Assembly: GCF_009914755.1 (NCBI RefSeq)
Contig: NC_060934.1
Reading direction: 5' to 3' (one strand)
DNA length: 64,000 nucleotides
Origin: the human T2T-CHM13v2.0 reference genome, Homo sapiens
The position numbers were made by a program, and so were the translations under genes. This document shows positions 42,323 through 59,305 of this stretch, piece after piece; the stretch's first letter is position 1, and each line of letters starts with the position of its first letter. Under the pieces are notes generated by a model that was not told the DNA's origin, did not search any database, and saw only the letters and a program-made list of their open reading frames with translations.

Positions 42323-42540
42323 ATTAGAGGACATCTATGGGTGTCCTTACGACTTTATCGAAGTGTTCGATGGACAACAGGCTGCCTCACTCTCCATGGG
42401 CAGGTTTTGTGCTGGGACAGAGCTCACGTTCCTTTCTTCTTCAAACATCATGACCACAGTGTTCAGAAGCAACGCCATGATCACCAACACAGGGTTTTAT
42501 GCTCTGTACAACACCGTTCAGCAAGATGAAAGGGAGAACG
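42323..42540 (+). CDS. CUB3 second exon (218 nt)
   Basis: cctcag|[17 protein letters not shown]...MGRFC...TGFYALY...EREN|gtaggt. Confidence 0.93.
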
Positions 42541-43319
42541 GTAGGTACTCTAACACATACCATGGGAGGAAGTTAGATCTGATATATGATCTTTCCTTTT
42601 AAGAGAGAAGATGCTTTCTAAATCTGGCCCTCATTAATGACATCTGGAGTGACATCCATGCAGACACTAAAAGCTCCCCACCTCACTCTAACCCTGCTCT
42701 GCCACTCCCTGTCACTTTTCTCCACCAAAGCATCCTGGCTGAAGAAACAGATGGCCTGAAATCTCATAGTTTGCATCGACTGTGTGTGTAGATGGATCCA
42801 AAAGACAGCCCCCTTCTTCTCCAAAGAAGTAAAGGAAAATGCAATAGAAAAATCATTCTGGGACAAAACTATCTCAACTAGCCACCTGCTTCAAGCTGAA
42901 TTTAATACAAAAACCACCTATAACACTTAGAAGCTGTGTGCCACATGCCGAGTGACATCAGAGGACAGGGCTGGGGCTATAAGGGCTGTGAGGTTTGGAA
43001 CCAGGGCCCTGGGCAGAGCATGGCAGTGGGTCACAGGTGCCCGGATGGACCACCAAGCAGAAGCTCTGAGCCTTTTTTCATCCTGGCCCTCAGCTCCTGG
43101 CCCAGCTCCACGGCCCATTCAGGGGCCTTTTGGCTCCCTCCTTGCACTGAGGTGACTGGTGTATGTCCTTGAGATAAATGCGGTTCTGCCCTTTATGAGC
43201 TGACACTTACTCAGAGGCGAGACTCACACATACACCCAGGAAGAATTAGAAAACCAAACCAACTGCTCCATGCCAGGGGCCGTCCCTGGAGCCACAGTTT
43301 GCCAAAAACAAAAAAGATA

Positions 43320-43530
43320 GGAAGGAGGGAAAGGGAGGGAAGGGAAGGAAGGAAGGAAGGGAAAGAAGGAAGGAGAGTGAGGGAGAGGAAGGAAGGAGAG
43401 TGAGGGAGAGGAAGGAAGGAGAGAGAGGGAGAGGAAGGAAGGAGAGAGAGGGAGAGGAAGAGAGAGAGAAGGAAAAGAGAAGGAGGAGAGAGAAGGAAGA
43501 AGAAAGAATAAGAAGGAAGAAAAGAGATGA
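43320..43530. repeat. GA-rich polypurine low-complexity tract
   Basis: (GGAA)n/(GA)n. Confidence 0.9.
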
Positions 43531-43771
43531 CATCACGTCTGGCAACAGAACAGACACAAGCATGGTGATCCAGGGCATCTAGTAGTTGTAACCAAAGTAA
43601 CTCAGGGCCATTTTTAGATGCCAGATTGTGTGCAGGTTCTCCGCCAAACAAGACGTGGTACCTTTCTGACTGAAGTAAGCAAGTCTACCTCTCTCTCAGG
43701 CTTAGGAGAACTGAAGAGAGATGAGCTACCCACACCTTCTATGTCTTCCACTGCCTCTCTGCCTTACCTAG

Positions 43772-43804
43772 GAGCATCTGCTGCTGTGAGTTACCCAACC
43801 TCAG
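43772..43804 (+). CDS. Candidate micro-exon, 33 nt: (G)ASAAVSYPTS
   Basis: cctag|...|gtaatt, phase 1-1. Confidence 0.55.
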
Positions 43805-43954
43805 GTAATTTGTGTTGTTTTGAATTGATGAGCTATAACTTGCCCCAGCAAAGCCCCCTAGGCAGTAGGGTAGTTATTTAGGGTCCAAATGCCCTGGGCT
43901 TATCTTCCCAGCCTCTTCATTTACTGTCTGTGAGGCCTCTAGCAAATCTCTGAG

Positions 43955-44170
43955 CTGCTTCCTGCCTACATTTTCTCCCCTGGATGAGGATGAGGAAATC
44001 CAGGGGGTTTCACTGTGTGAATATCCAGGGCAGCCCTTGCCCAGTAGTGGGCGGGGCATACTACTCACAGAGTCAGCCACTATCTCTGACCCTCACCTCA
44101 TCCAATGTCAAAGCCTGGCAGGGGTTTATCTCTGGGTACTGCCTTCTTCTTGACAGAATTGTTAAGAATG
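43955..44170 (+). pseudogene. Fossil CUB second-half exon (216 nt)
   Basis: Positional match to CUB3b at P8,D10,E13,G17,G26,C29,S38,S40,S49,G57,F58,Y62,N72,G73 given one 2-nt deletion; donor lost. Confidence 0.55.
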
Positions 44171-44417
44171 GAGAAGCTGAAAGCATCAAGTTATAGTTTG
44201 CTCCCAGCTCTATTTGGCCAGTAGTCTTTACACTTCCAATTCAATTCAGCCAGCAGCTCTTCCACGACAGGCCCTTAGAAGAGTAAAGTACAATATGCAG
44301 AGAGGAGCTAGGAAAGAGAGAAATGACCCCAAGCACTTAGAAGTAGCACCAGGGTAGCTTATACTGAACAACACAGGCCCCCAAAGGATGTTTTCTTGAA
44401 TTTAAAACATATCTATT

Positions 44418-44732
<315 letters not shown>

Positions 44733-45861
44733 TTAAAAAAAAAAGATCAGCCACCAAGCCACGGTTTTCCTGAGCTTATATTTCCTAACATGCCAGTTGG
44801 GTGATGGAAGGAGTACTGCCCACAGAGAAAGGCCATGAGAAGGAAATCCCATTCAGAACCAGAAGGTGTCTGTAGATAATCCACAGAGCGGACAGCCCAC
44901 CCACGATGGACTGAAAGTTCGATGTTTGACGTTTACCTAAGATGTATAATTTTCCCCTTTTGCAGCATCTTTTCCAAAGCCAACAGAGGTGCCCACATGG
45001 ACAGGTAACCGTTTCTTCTCACTTCTCTGGCCCTCCCTCTATGCAGTTTGAATTCACAAACATCCCAGCACCGGGGAGGAAGCGTCCTGACTTCCACCCT
45101 CCTCCATGGCCTCAGGCTGCCGGAGGAACTGCTGGCAATGTCCAGGTTCACCTGGAAAATCTGTGATTGGAAAGTGACAGGAAAGAAGAGGCTGTGAGAT
45201 GTAAGAATGGCTCTTGGGGGCTGGTTTGGAAGAGGCCCCCAGGAAGGCCAGGTTGCCTGCTCACCCCAAATCTCCACACATCCCCACCTGTGGGCTCACC
45301 TTATCTGTGTTGCAAGCACAACCAGCTTCTGCTCCCTTTTATAACATTGTCCTTTGAACATAGGAGGCAGCCTGCAATGATGGCTCTTTCCAATCCCTGG
45401 AATGTCTTCACACATAGGTTATGCCTGATCCCAGGAATAACAGAGATGGGAGGTATTGTTACCGTCTCTTGATCAACGTGTGCAAGGGCACATAGAAACT
45501 CACACCCACACACATATACACACACACATACACACACACACAGTGTATGCACGACAGCTTCTTGTGAAAAATCCAACACACCCTGTGAATGTCAGAAACC
45601 AAGACTTCACCACACACAGGGAAAGAACAGTTATGCCTTTGGGCAGGCCAGGTCCAGCCAATGGCGAGGAACAACCATTTCTTAACCAATCACAAAAAAT
45701 ACACAGAGTAGTACCAAGGCAAACATGAACAAAATGAAATAAAGGAGGGAGTGGGATTCATTATCCTCAATTATCAGTGCACAATTCCCAGGAAATTGTG
45801 GCTTCTCTGGTGGCCTTTGTGGATGTGACTTCATGAGGTTGTTCTTTGGAATGTCTGCAAG

Positions 45862-46173
45862 GTCTGGGACTGCGGCTGGTGAACGGGTCCAGCAGATGTG
45901 AGGGCCGAGTCGAGGTCTACCATGCCAATGCCTGGGGCACCGTGTGTGATGACAGCTGGTCTATAGAGGATGCCCACGTCGTCTGCAGGCAGCTGGGCTG
46001 TGGCCTGGCCGTGTCTGCCCTCCCAGGAGCCAGCTTCAGCCCTGGATCAGGCAGCATCCTCCTTGATGACGTCAACTGCACGGGAAGGGAGTCCTCCCTG
46101 GGGCAGTGCCCTCACAGAGGTTGGTACACCCACAACTGTGGGCACCATGAAGATGCTGGCGTCATCTGCTTAG
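45862..46173 (+). CDS. SRCR7 exon (312 nt, 8 Cys, open; the most DMBT1-like)
   Basis: caag|[33 protein letters not shown]...[14 protein letters not shown]|gtgagt; acceptor is a weaker AAG. Confidence 0.92.
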
Positions 46174-46751
46174 GTGAGTGAAGGTCCGCCCTGGGCCAGT
46201 CTTGCAGCTGCCTGGACCAAGCCCGAGATCCTCAGATAGAGTCTGAAAATGCCTCTGTGCCTTAAACCTTTCCCCACATGCAGAACAGTGGATTTCTGCT
46301 CAGACTCTGGAAAATATGACCAGCTGTTCAATACATGGTAAGGTCCCATTCAACTTGAGTACCTGCAAAGTTCAATTAATTGTAAAAGAAAGAAAATCAT
46401 GGCATTTATTCCACGGAGTTATTGGGAGGATTAATTGAGGCAACCCATGTAGAACATTTAGTCAAGCATCAGACAAACCATAAATACACAAAAATATTAC
46501 CATTTTGTTGGTGTTTTAGTTACTAAGGCAAATTCTATCAGCATCACTACCTCAAAGTTTGTAGCCAGGTTAGACATCCCACAACCTACACCTGGCTGTA
46601 TAAACCCAGAGGGGAGAGGCCTGGATGCTTAAGACTGGTTGTTTATACCCAGCTTCCTTGAGTCACATTTAAACTGAAACAATGATCTTTAAACCACTCT
46701 GCCATTCCAATTTCTATTATTAAACCACCCTCATTTCCTTTATCTCTGCAG

Positions 46752-46775
46752 ATTCTGCAGCTGCTGGACATCCAG
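46752..46775 (+). CDS. Micro-exon, 24 nt: (D)SAAAGHP
   Basis: ctgcag|...|gtatct. Confidence 0.7.
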
Positions 46776-47102
46776 GTATCTATGAGTTTGTGTCCATTTT
46801 ATTTGCTGACTGGTGGCTAGCCGTCACCTCTAATTGGTCTCCCAACCCCAGCCTATGCTGGGTCTCCCTTATGAGCTTTAACTTTCCTTGACAATGCTCT
46901 GAGCTCCAGACCCTTTCACCCTCCCAGAAGGTGAAGACCCAGGGCTGTTTCCCATTCCCTTGGCTGGATGTCAGCAGGTTGATGTGTCATCCCTTCCACA
47001 GATGAGAGCATTTCAACAGGACTCTAAGATACTTGAACCAAAGGGTTGGTTCATGCAACAGACGCCATGACAATCCAGAGAAGGCAGGCGGCCATAGGGG
47101 AA

Positions 47103-47500
47103 GGAGACCTGGGGCAGAAGGGCCTGGGGGCAGGAGAGCCTGGGGCAGGAGAGCCTGGGGGCAGGAAGGCCTGGGGGCAGGAGACCCTGTGGGCAAAAGG
47201 GCTGGGGGCAGGAGGGACTGGGGGCAGGAGGGACTGGGGGCAGGAGACCCTGGGGGCAGGAGACCCTGGGGGCAGGAGAGCCTGGGGGCAGGAAGGGCTG
47301 GGGGCAGGAGGGCCTGGGGGCAGGAAGGGCTTGGGGGCAGGAGGGCCTGGGGGCAGGAGAGCCTGGGGGCAGGAAGGGCTGGGAGCAGGAGACCCTGGGG
47401 GCAGGAGGGCCTGGGGGCAGGAAGGCCTGGGGGTAGGAGAGCCTGGGGGCAGTAGAGCCTGGGGGCAGGGGAGCCTGGGGGCAGGAAGGGCTGGGGACAG
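47103..47500 (+). repeat. G-rich minisatellite, 16-bp unit GAGAGCCTGGGGGCAG, ~25 copies
   Basis: Directly visible variant tandem repeats. Confidence 0.95.
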
Positions 47501-47835
47501 GAGCTGCTCCTCTACCTGCAGCCCCACCTGGGTCCCAGCAGCAGCTGCTGAACTCTGTGATTCTGACAAGGCACCCCTGTCTATGGGGCCAAATGTTCAC
47601 AATCCCAACATGAATGTTATTTCTTTTATTTTCTTATTCTTAATCAGAATAATACACACCCATGTACAGGGTGCTATCAAATTTTAAGTGGTAGCTATTA
47701 GATAAGAGCCTGGATAGGGTTGTTTAAAGGCAGACTCATACATGTGATTTAGATGATATTTGAGAAGAGTATTAAATATCATTGTGTGTGTTTGGAATGT
47801 AATTATGCTAACTATTTTTCTTTTTTACGCCATAG

Positions 47836-47880
47836 CTTCTTCAACTCCTGGGGAGCACCCAAGCGATTTTCATCTAAGAG
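47836..47880 (+). CDS. Micro-exon, 45 nt: (A)SSTPGEHPSDFHLR
   Basis: ccatag|...|gtactt. Confidence 0.65.
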
Positions 47881-48780
47881 GTACTTTCCCCATTCTTATA
47901 TTTTGTAACAGTTTTTCTGAGGCTGAGGGTCTGACCATTTGTGACTAATGGAAATGTAGCAAATGCGATTTCCCTGGCCCTGGTGCTGTGTGCAATAAGA
48001 ACTGTGCTCATGAGAGGCAAGCTGGTGACATGGAGGATTCTCGTGGAGTAGGTGTCTTTCCAAGAAGAGAGCCCACTCAGCCACCGCCCTCTGCAGCAAC
48101 AGCAGCAGCAGGCTACTGCTCCTGCAGGTCCTTCTACAGGGGCCTCGGGAACCAGCCCCAGTTCCTGGGGATGCAGATCCTGAGAGTCAGCTTCATCTGC
48201 TTTGGGCGCAGGGGTCCGTTTCACTTGGTCAATTTTTTACTTGCTTGTCACAGTGATGTTCTATCTTCTGCTGCTTGATTTTCCAATCCCAACCACCTTC
48301 ATCATTTCTCAATCCATACTTTACAATTTTCTAAATTCAAGTAAAGCAAAATTAATTTTGTACCAAGAATTTCATAATGTTCTTGGAGAGACCTGAGTTA
48401 GGAATGCAAAATCTGAGCTCCAAGCATTCAACTCTATTTCTTGGAATTTTTAGAAAAACCACCTGGAAAATGACGCTTTTTTTTTTTTTAATCTGAAGAC
48501 TTAGTGTTCAGTGTTTCAAACAAGTCATGGTGTGTCAGCAAAACAACTCTGAGTTAAAGTGGCATCAAATGTTCATCATCCATCCTTGTAGCTTCAAATC
48601 CCCCAGGTGACCATCAGTGATGCTACCCTGACAAAGTTCAGACAGATGCTTCCAATTACTGTCAGACAGTGAGGGTCACCACCATGGGAGGGAAAAGTGG
48701 TGCAGAGACATTGTGTAGTGTGGGGTTAATCTTTTAAAGTGCTGATGTGCTTGTGATGATGGCTTGGTTTTCCCTTTCAG

Positions 48781-48825
48781 CTGTTGAAGTTGCCCCAGCA
48801 TTGACAGAAATGGGCCCCAGCATTG
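48781..48825 (+). CDS. Micro-exon, 45 nt: (A)VEVAPALTEMGPSI
   Basis: tttcag|...|gtaatc. Confidence 0.7.
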
Positions 48826-49389
48826 GTAATCCTTTGATTGCTTCCCTCAAACTTCCTAATTATTGAATCTGTCTAGGGGACTCCCTGTAATGTCAGTGCC
48901 CACCCAGATTCATGTCTCTCCAGGACTGAGAAAATACAGAGCTGATACAGAGGGAGAGGTTACAGAGGTGACTGCCACTTGTCTAATCTCTGGATCCTGA
49001 AAAATGTTTTTAACTGTGAACCTGGGCCCCAGTAATAATGAAATAATGAAAGGTTGAGTTTGACATATCCCCATGCTATTGCCTATCAGTTTGATGGCTC
49101 AGCTTCAAAACAGATATTTATCCTTATCCGTGTAATTGCCATGTTTCTAATCCAAAGATGAGAATGAGGGAACAAAATATTGGAAATCACAAATAGCCTC
49201 AAAAAGTCAGTTAAGGAATTTGCAAGCACTAGTTTGACTTAGTCCTATGGGACCCAGAAGCAGGAAGCAAGAGTGTCTAGAGTTTTGGAATTTAGAGTGT
49301 GTATTATTTTAAGAACTAAAGAAAAGTCCCACTAGTGTCTGCCAGAAGAGCTGATCACATTCCAGTGATAACCTCTGGGTCTCCCCCAG

Positions 49390-49720
49390 CCTTGCCCATT
49401 GTCAAGTTGGCAGATGAGAGGAGCCAATGCAAAGGGCACATTGAAGTCTACCACAATGGCACATGGGGGACTGTGTGCGACAACCTCTGGGGCGTCAACG
49501 CTGCCCACATGGTGTGCCAGCAGCTGGGTTGTGGGAAGGGTGTTGGCCACCCCAGGGAATGGCCACTTGGTTGCAGGGGTGGGGGGTGGCGGCGTGGGAC
49601 ACATCCTCCTGGACGATGGGCAGTGTCAAGGCATGGAGACCACACTAGGCCAGCGTGGCTATCTGGGTCTGTCCATCCACAACTGTGGCCACCATGAGGA
49701 TGCTGGGCTCATCTGCACAG
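49390..49720 (+). pseudogene. SRCR8 exon, disabled
   Basis: 331 nt. Frameshift near 49545-49552, G-rich insertion (GVGGGGVG), Cys6>Arg, donor GT>AT (cacag|atactg). Confidence 0.9.
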
Positions 49721-51008
49721 ATACTGACTTCCAGCTTTCTCCTGAGGCTGCCAGAGCCATGACTCTCAGTGGGGGACCTGGAAACCAATGTGAGGAAGTT
49801 TGGGTCTCACTGGCATCCTCTAAACAAATGCCCAAGGTCCACTCTCAACACTGAGCTCCCTGGGGCAAAGGATACATAATGACATATAATACAACCCTGG
49901 GTCAGCCCCAAGTCCCTCAGCCCCACATCCTGCCCTGATCTTGGTTCCGGAGGCCTCTTGGCTATTCTCAGCTTCCCTTAATTTGTTGATCTACCCAGTG
50001 TTTGACTCAAGGCCTAATGAGTTCACCTTAGGTCCCTCTGTCTCTGCAGTCTTCAAGGAATTACCAGATCCTTTCTGTGAACTATTCACTAGGGTAATGG
50101 CACTTCCTAGACTTTGTCCCAAAGTTGTCTGTTTTGAGCTTTAAAGCTGACTTTGCAGTGCTGCTCCAGGAAATTCCATGAACAAAACCCAGATCTTCCC
50201 ATCTACATACTGTGTGAAAGCTTCAACACTATCTTCTTTTGGCCTCTCTGGTTTGAGATAGTTTCCTTTAAAAAAAAAATCAGCCCAGTTTGTGCATTAT
50301 CTATGTTTCTTTCTCTTGCCAAAAAAGCAAAATAGAAAAGGAAATGAAATGTAATATTCACTGCTTAGCTTATCTTAATTTTATAGGACAAAGACTACAC
50401 TAAAAGGATTGAATTCATCCATTTATTTAACAAATATTTATTGAGCACTTCATATGTGCCAGGCACAATTCTAGGTGCTGAGAATGTAGCAATGAACACA
50501 ACAGACAATCCTGCCCTCATGGAGCTTGCATTCCAGTGGGAGGGTTAGAGTCATTTGTGCATTTAAACTGTAATGGATAATTAACAAAAGTAAATGAATA
50601 CTGAATCAAGGGTCATAATATGCTTTATTATGTTAAGGAATCACTTTCCTTTAGTGCTCAGACAACTTAGTATTGTGTTATAATTTGGTGAAAATGGGAA
50701 ATCAACATTAGAAACCTAAAGTCAGAATTAGGAAGGCTCCTAGTACTTTGCCATTCTAGAAATGATGTCCTCTTCAGTGCTTCAGTGAAACAGCCTCTCT
50801 GATCCATCCCAGGGGGTTCTCACAACCAATAGGTGTTTCTCACTTTCTGCCTTTTGCATCCCTGTCACTCTTTCAGTCTTAACAAAGAAACCTTTGTCAT
50901 TTTTAATTTTACATCTCAAAAGTTGTTCTGTATCTAATTTTAATGTATCTGAGATATAAATTTTTAAAATTAAACAAACCTAAATTCCTGTTTGTTTTGC
51001 AATTTCAG

Positions 51009-51038
51009 CATCAGCTACAGAAATAACCACTTCACCTG
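51009..51038 (+). CDS. Stalk micro-exon, 30 nt: (A)SATEITTSP
   Basis: tttcag|...CCTG|gtaatt. Confidence 0.75.
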
Positions 51039-53072
51039 GTAATTTTAGTTTCTTTCTTGCTTTCTATAAATCAGATATGTGTAGATTGTTTTGCATATGG
51101 TTAGGGTTGGAGTTTATATCTCATATAAAATTAAATATCAGCTCATGTCAATGTATAAGTTGCTTATATATTCATTAAATGAAGGAGTACATTGACAGAG
51201 ATTGTGTGCCTTCCATACATAGCACATAATATGTCTAGTTTGTTTCCTCTCTCTTTGGTGCAACAGCTGGTCTTTGAAATCAAGTTTTAGTGACTGGCTT
51301 CACTTACATCCTCATCAGTGTCCATACATTTGGGTGTCCAGTGAGTCTGGGTTTTTTTTAACCCCCAAACCACAGGACTTCAGATATCTCAGGCAAAACT
51401 ACCTTAATCTGCATTTTCAGAAAATAATGGAGTACCACATCTCTCGTGTGTTCCACATTACAGTACATTAATCTATTGATATGCAAATTTTAAAGAAGGA
51501 TTCACACAGCTAAGTAAGTTAGGGAAATGCCATATCCCTCTCTTGAAGATTCACTGCCTATTAACACATTAAAGTCTCTGACAAGACCTGTAGTAAGGGA
51601 TCTTTAAAAAAAACAAAAAAAAACTTGGTTTAATCCAATGATTCTCAAACTTCTTTGACCACTGAAGACTTTCGAGTGGCAATGCAGCCTCCTCGCAGGA
51701 TTTGGAGCCAGAGAACCTGGGATTACGTTCTGGCTCCAGCCTTAACCAATTAGGTCACAGCAGTCAAATCTCCTCACCTTTCAGAGCCTCAGTTTCTTCA
51801 TGTGTAGAACAAGAGGATGAAAACAGCCACCTCGGAAGCTTGTCCTGGGGACTGAGTGGTCAGGTCACACTTGTGTAAGAACACGGTGATGGGAGCTTCA
51901 CAGTCACCTCCTTAGGGATGTGTGTGCTGCCGCCTGCTGAGTTCCGGCTTGGCTCCCTAATGTAAGCAACCCATGTGTCCTTTTATAAAATTCCTTCCTC
52001 TGGACACTTTGGGGATCATCCTAAGGCTTAAGTTAACCACTGTTTGGCTAAATAAGTGAGTGAAATACCAAATCAATTCAAGTCAGCTCAACTCAAGTTT
52101 TCTCTGAACTGTCCATATTTCCATGGTCCTTATTTCCAAAAATCTCAAAGCCTTCTGCCAGAATTGATACACACTAACCTCTAAGGAAAATCAAACAAGG
52201 AAACATGCTGCTCTTTTGGTGATTGGATCTGTGAAAATTGTCCACCAGTTCTTTCAGGCAAGAACAAGTCATATGGCACCATCACAGTGTAACATTTTTC
52301 TAAAAGTTGGAAGAAAGCTTAGAGGTTGCTCATACTGCAAGTCACAAGTGGGCAGTTTTGGCCTGCCATGTGTTTGGATGCAGACAACTCAGTTTTACCT
52401 ATGCATGTTTACATTATTTTTAATCCCACCTCTTAATAATGGAATATATCCTACAAAAATCCAGATTTTCAGCTTTGATTGAAAAATCTGAGAATGGTCA
52501 ACGTGAATTTCAGCAGGGCACCAATTGGTTGGGGCTGAGCAGGAAATGACTGCCTCCTTTATATGGCACATGCTCTTTCTCCCATTTCTTCCTGGCCGCC
52601 GTGCATGTCTAAGCCTATAGACATCTCCGTTTGCACGCTTGGTGCTTCTCAAACCTTAATGTGTACATAGCTGTCATGGAGATCTTGTTAAAATACAGAT
52701 TCTGGTTCTAGTGGATCCTGAGAGCCCATATTTCTAACAAGGTGATACAGATGCTACTCCTCCACGGACTAGCCCTTCAGATGTAGTAGCTGAAGCTCAG
52801 AGATGCAAAGGAGCTTGTCCAAGGTCACATACTCTGTTCCACAAAGACTAGAGACTAGAACCCAAGTCTCTTGAGTCCTAGCCCCACGACCCACCTGCCC
52901 CATTATTAATCCCCTTAGCTTAATAAACAGAGAATAGGAGAATGAAACAGGAACATGGCTGGGGCATAATTTGTAAACAGTGTGATTTAAAAAAAAATCT
53001 TTACCAATAAACTTGATTGACAAGGATGGCATTTAACTATAATTTTCTCTTAACTTTTGCTTGTCTTGACAG

Positions 53073-53114
53073 TTCCTGCTTCAATTTCAGCCACAGATTT
53101 TGCCCTTACACCTG
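53073..53114 (+). CDS. Stalk micro-exon, 42 nt: (V)PASISATDFALTP
   Basis: tgacag|...CCTG|gtaaca. Confidence 0.75.
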
Positions 53115-53702
53115 GTAACAAGTTTTTTCCTAGTATGTCCTTTATTACCTATATTAGGGATATTGCTATGTTGAAATTTACCTAGCTAGTACAATTATAC
53201 CACTATTTGTCCAGGAGTCACTTGGCTAAATTAATCCCCTGGAAAATAGACTAGAACCCAGAAATAGACAGAGTGCCTCATGCGCCCAAACTGAGATCCT
53301 AGCATTCAAGCTCAAGTGTTTGAATACCTACAGAGGTATACCACAGAGCCTGTTACTGAGAGCTTGTTCTTACTTTCTACACACTCATAACATCTGGCTA
53401 TCTGGTCTCCCTGCTGACTATATATTAGTAGAGACAACAGGCTGGGGAGGGAGTGCAGGGTGCTAGGAGGTATAGACCTAATAGAGAAGCTACATTGGCA
53501 ATGGCAGGAAATGCTAGCAGATGCTCTGATAGCCATAGAAGGGTTCAAAAAAAAAAAAGCATTCAGTGTCACTTTCTAAATGGAGCAAAAATGCCCACTT
53601 ATCTCAGCATCCTTTGAGAGAGCTCTGTATTGAATCCTGGAACAACAATGATACTCTTCCTAATGAGTCCAAGTTCATGCAAGTTCAAGTATGATCAGTA
53701 TC

Positions 53703-57766
<4,064 letters not shown>

Positions 57767-58022
57767 CATCTTTTATTTAAAAGAACAGGAAAGCATGTTT
57801 CAGTTCAGGAAGGATTTAATTTATAACGTGCATATGTTTTTAATTCAGGAAGATGGGAATTTGAGAGGGTGTAAAACAACTAGTCATCATAGGTGAATTT
57901 TTCTGACAACAAAGCCTCCTAGTAAATGAGACCAAAGTAAAGGCAGAACTGTGTATAATCAGAAAATGAATAAAAATTTTCTGATCAATTGACTAACATT
58001 TCTGCTCATGTTTCATATTCAG

Positions 58023-58061
58023 GCATAATTTCCACTTCAGAAGAAGTAACTCCTTCACCTG
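58023..58061 (+). CDS. Stalk micro-exon, 39 nt: (G)IISTSEEVTPSP
   Basis: attcag|...CCTG|gtaatg. Confidence 0.8.
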
Positions 58062-58630
58062 GTAATGCCCTCTGCCCACTGCACTACAAATGTATGCAAA
58101 TGGGACACCAGGATCACCTCTGTCCACCACTGGGGCCAAGACTAGGCAGGCTTGGGGGCGGTGTGGTATCAAGTTATCATCGTCTTTGAGCAGGGTGCCT
58201 CATCCAGGCCAGACCCTCTGCCTGGCATGAGGTGGTGGTTGGAGGATGGTAAGATAGAGAGAGGACTTTCCTGGCTAGGTTCGATCACCTGCCATGGGCT
58301 CTGGTACCATCGTGCCTCTCTCCTTCATAGCACTTGCTACAATTGCAATTTTACATTTATTTGTATAATCACTTGACCTCATCTGAATTTCCCATGACAC
58401 AGTCCTGTCTTTGAGGACAGAAAGAACCTATGTAGTTTTGTTGGCTGTTTTACTCCAGCCCTGGCACAGTCCCTGGCACAGAGGAGTGGGCAGTCAATAT
58501 TTGTTAATTAAATCAATGAAGACCATGATTTCCGTGTTCTAGGGACACAGAGAAGAAAACAAATTAACTATGAAACAAAATTTGTTTGCCATTTGGTAGG
58601 TTTTGACCAATTACCTTTTCTCATTTCCAG

Positions 58631-58663
58631 TGTCTTTGAATACTGCTCTAACCACCTCAAAAG
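58631..58663 (+). CDS. Stalk micro-exon, 33 nt: (V)SLNTALTTSK
   Basis: ttccag|...|gtaatt. Confidence 0.75.
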
Positions 58664-58961
58664 GTAATTTAAGTGTTATTTTGGGTTCCATCTGGCTTGC
58701 TATAATTTTTTTTGTTTGGTTTTCCAGTGAATTGATTAAACAACTTTTTATGTCCTGGTCAAATTCTTTCATTTTTAGTCATCTTTTGAGTTTTAAAATA
58801 TGTTTATATTAACCTTACTCTTAAAGGCCATCTCTGATCCCCTGATGATGATCAGTGAATTCTGGGCAACTCAGCTCAATGCATAAGCCAAGGGAAAAAT
58901 TTGTTCAACCCATTAGGCCAAGTTGAATCCATGAAGACATTCACTGACTGGTAGTCTAAGG

Positions 58962-59305
58962 CAGGGATCCTCAACCCCCAGGTCACAGACCAGTAGGGCT
59001 CTATAGCCTGTTAGGAACTGGGCCACACAGCAAGAGGTGAATGATGAGCAAGTGAGCATTACCACCTGAGCTCTGCCTCCTGCCAGATCAGTGGCAGCAT
59101 TAGATTCTCACGGGAGCACAACCCTGTTGTGAACTGCACGTGTGAGGGATCTAGGTTGAGTGTACCTTATGAGAATCTGACTAATGCCTGATGATCTGAG
59201 GTAGAACAGTTTGATCTTGAAACCATCCACCATCCTCCCCGCCATCTGTGGAAAATTTGTCTTCCACAAAACAATCCCTGGTGTCAAAAAGGTTGGGGAC
59301 CACTG
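58962..59305. mobile_element. MER1B (hAT-Charlie MITE)
   Basis: TIRs cagggatcctcaacc / ggttggggaccactg; perfect 8-bp TSD gtctaagg. Confidence 0.9.

Noticed and set aside
46987-47687. Long Gly/Pro-rich, collagen-like ORFs on both strands
   Set aside because: They are translations of the stop-free 16-bp minisatellite, with no Gly-X-Y periodicity and no splice context.
48052-48111. PTQPPPSAATAAA peptide resembling a spacer exon
   Set aside because: Poor acceptor and a non-consensus gc donor.
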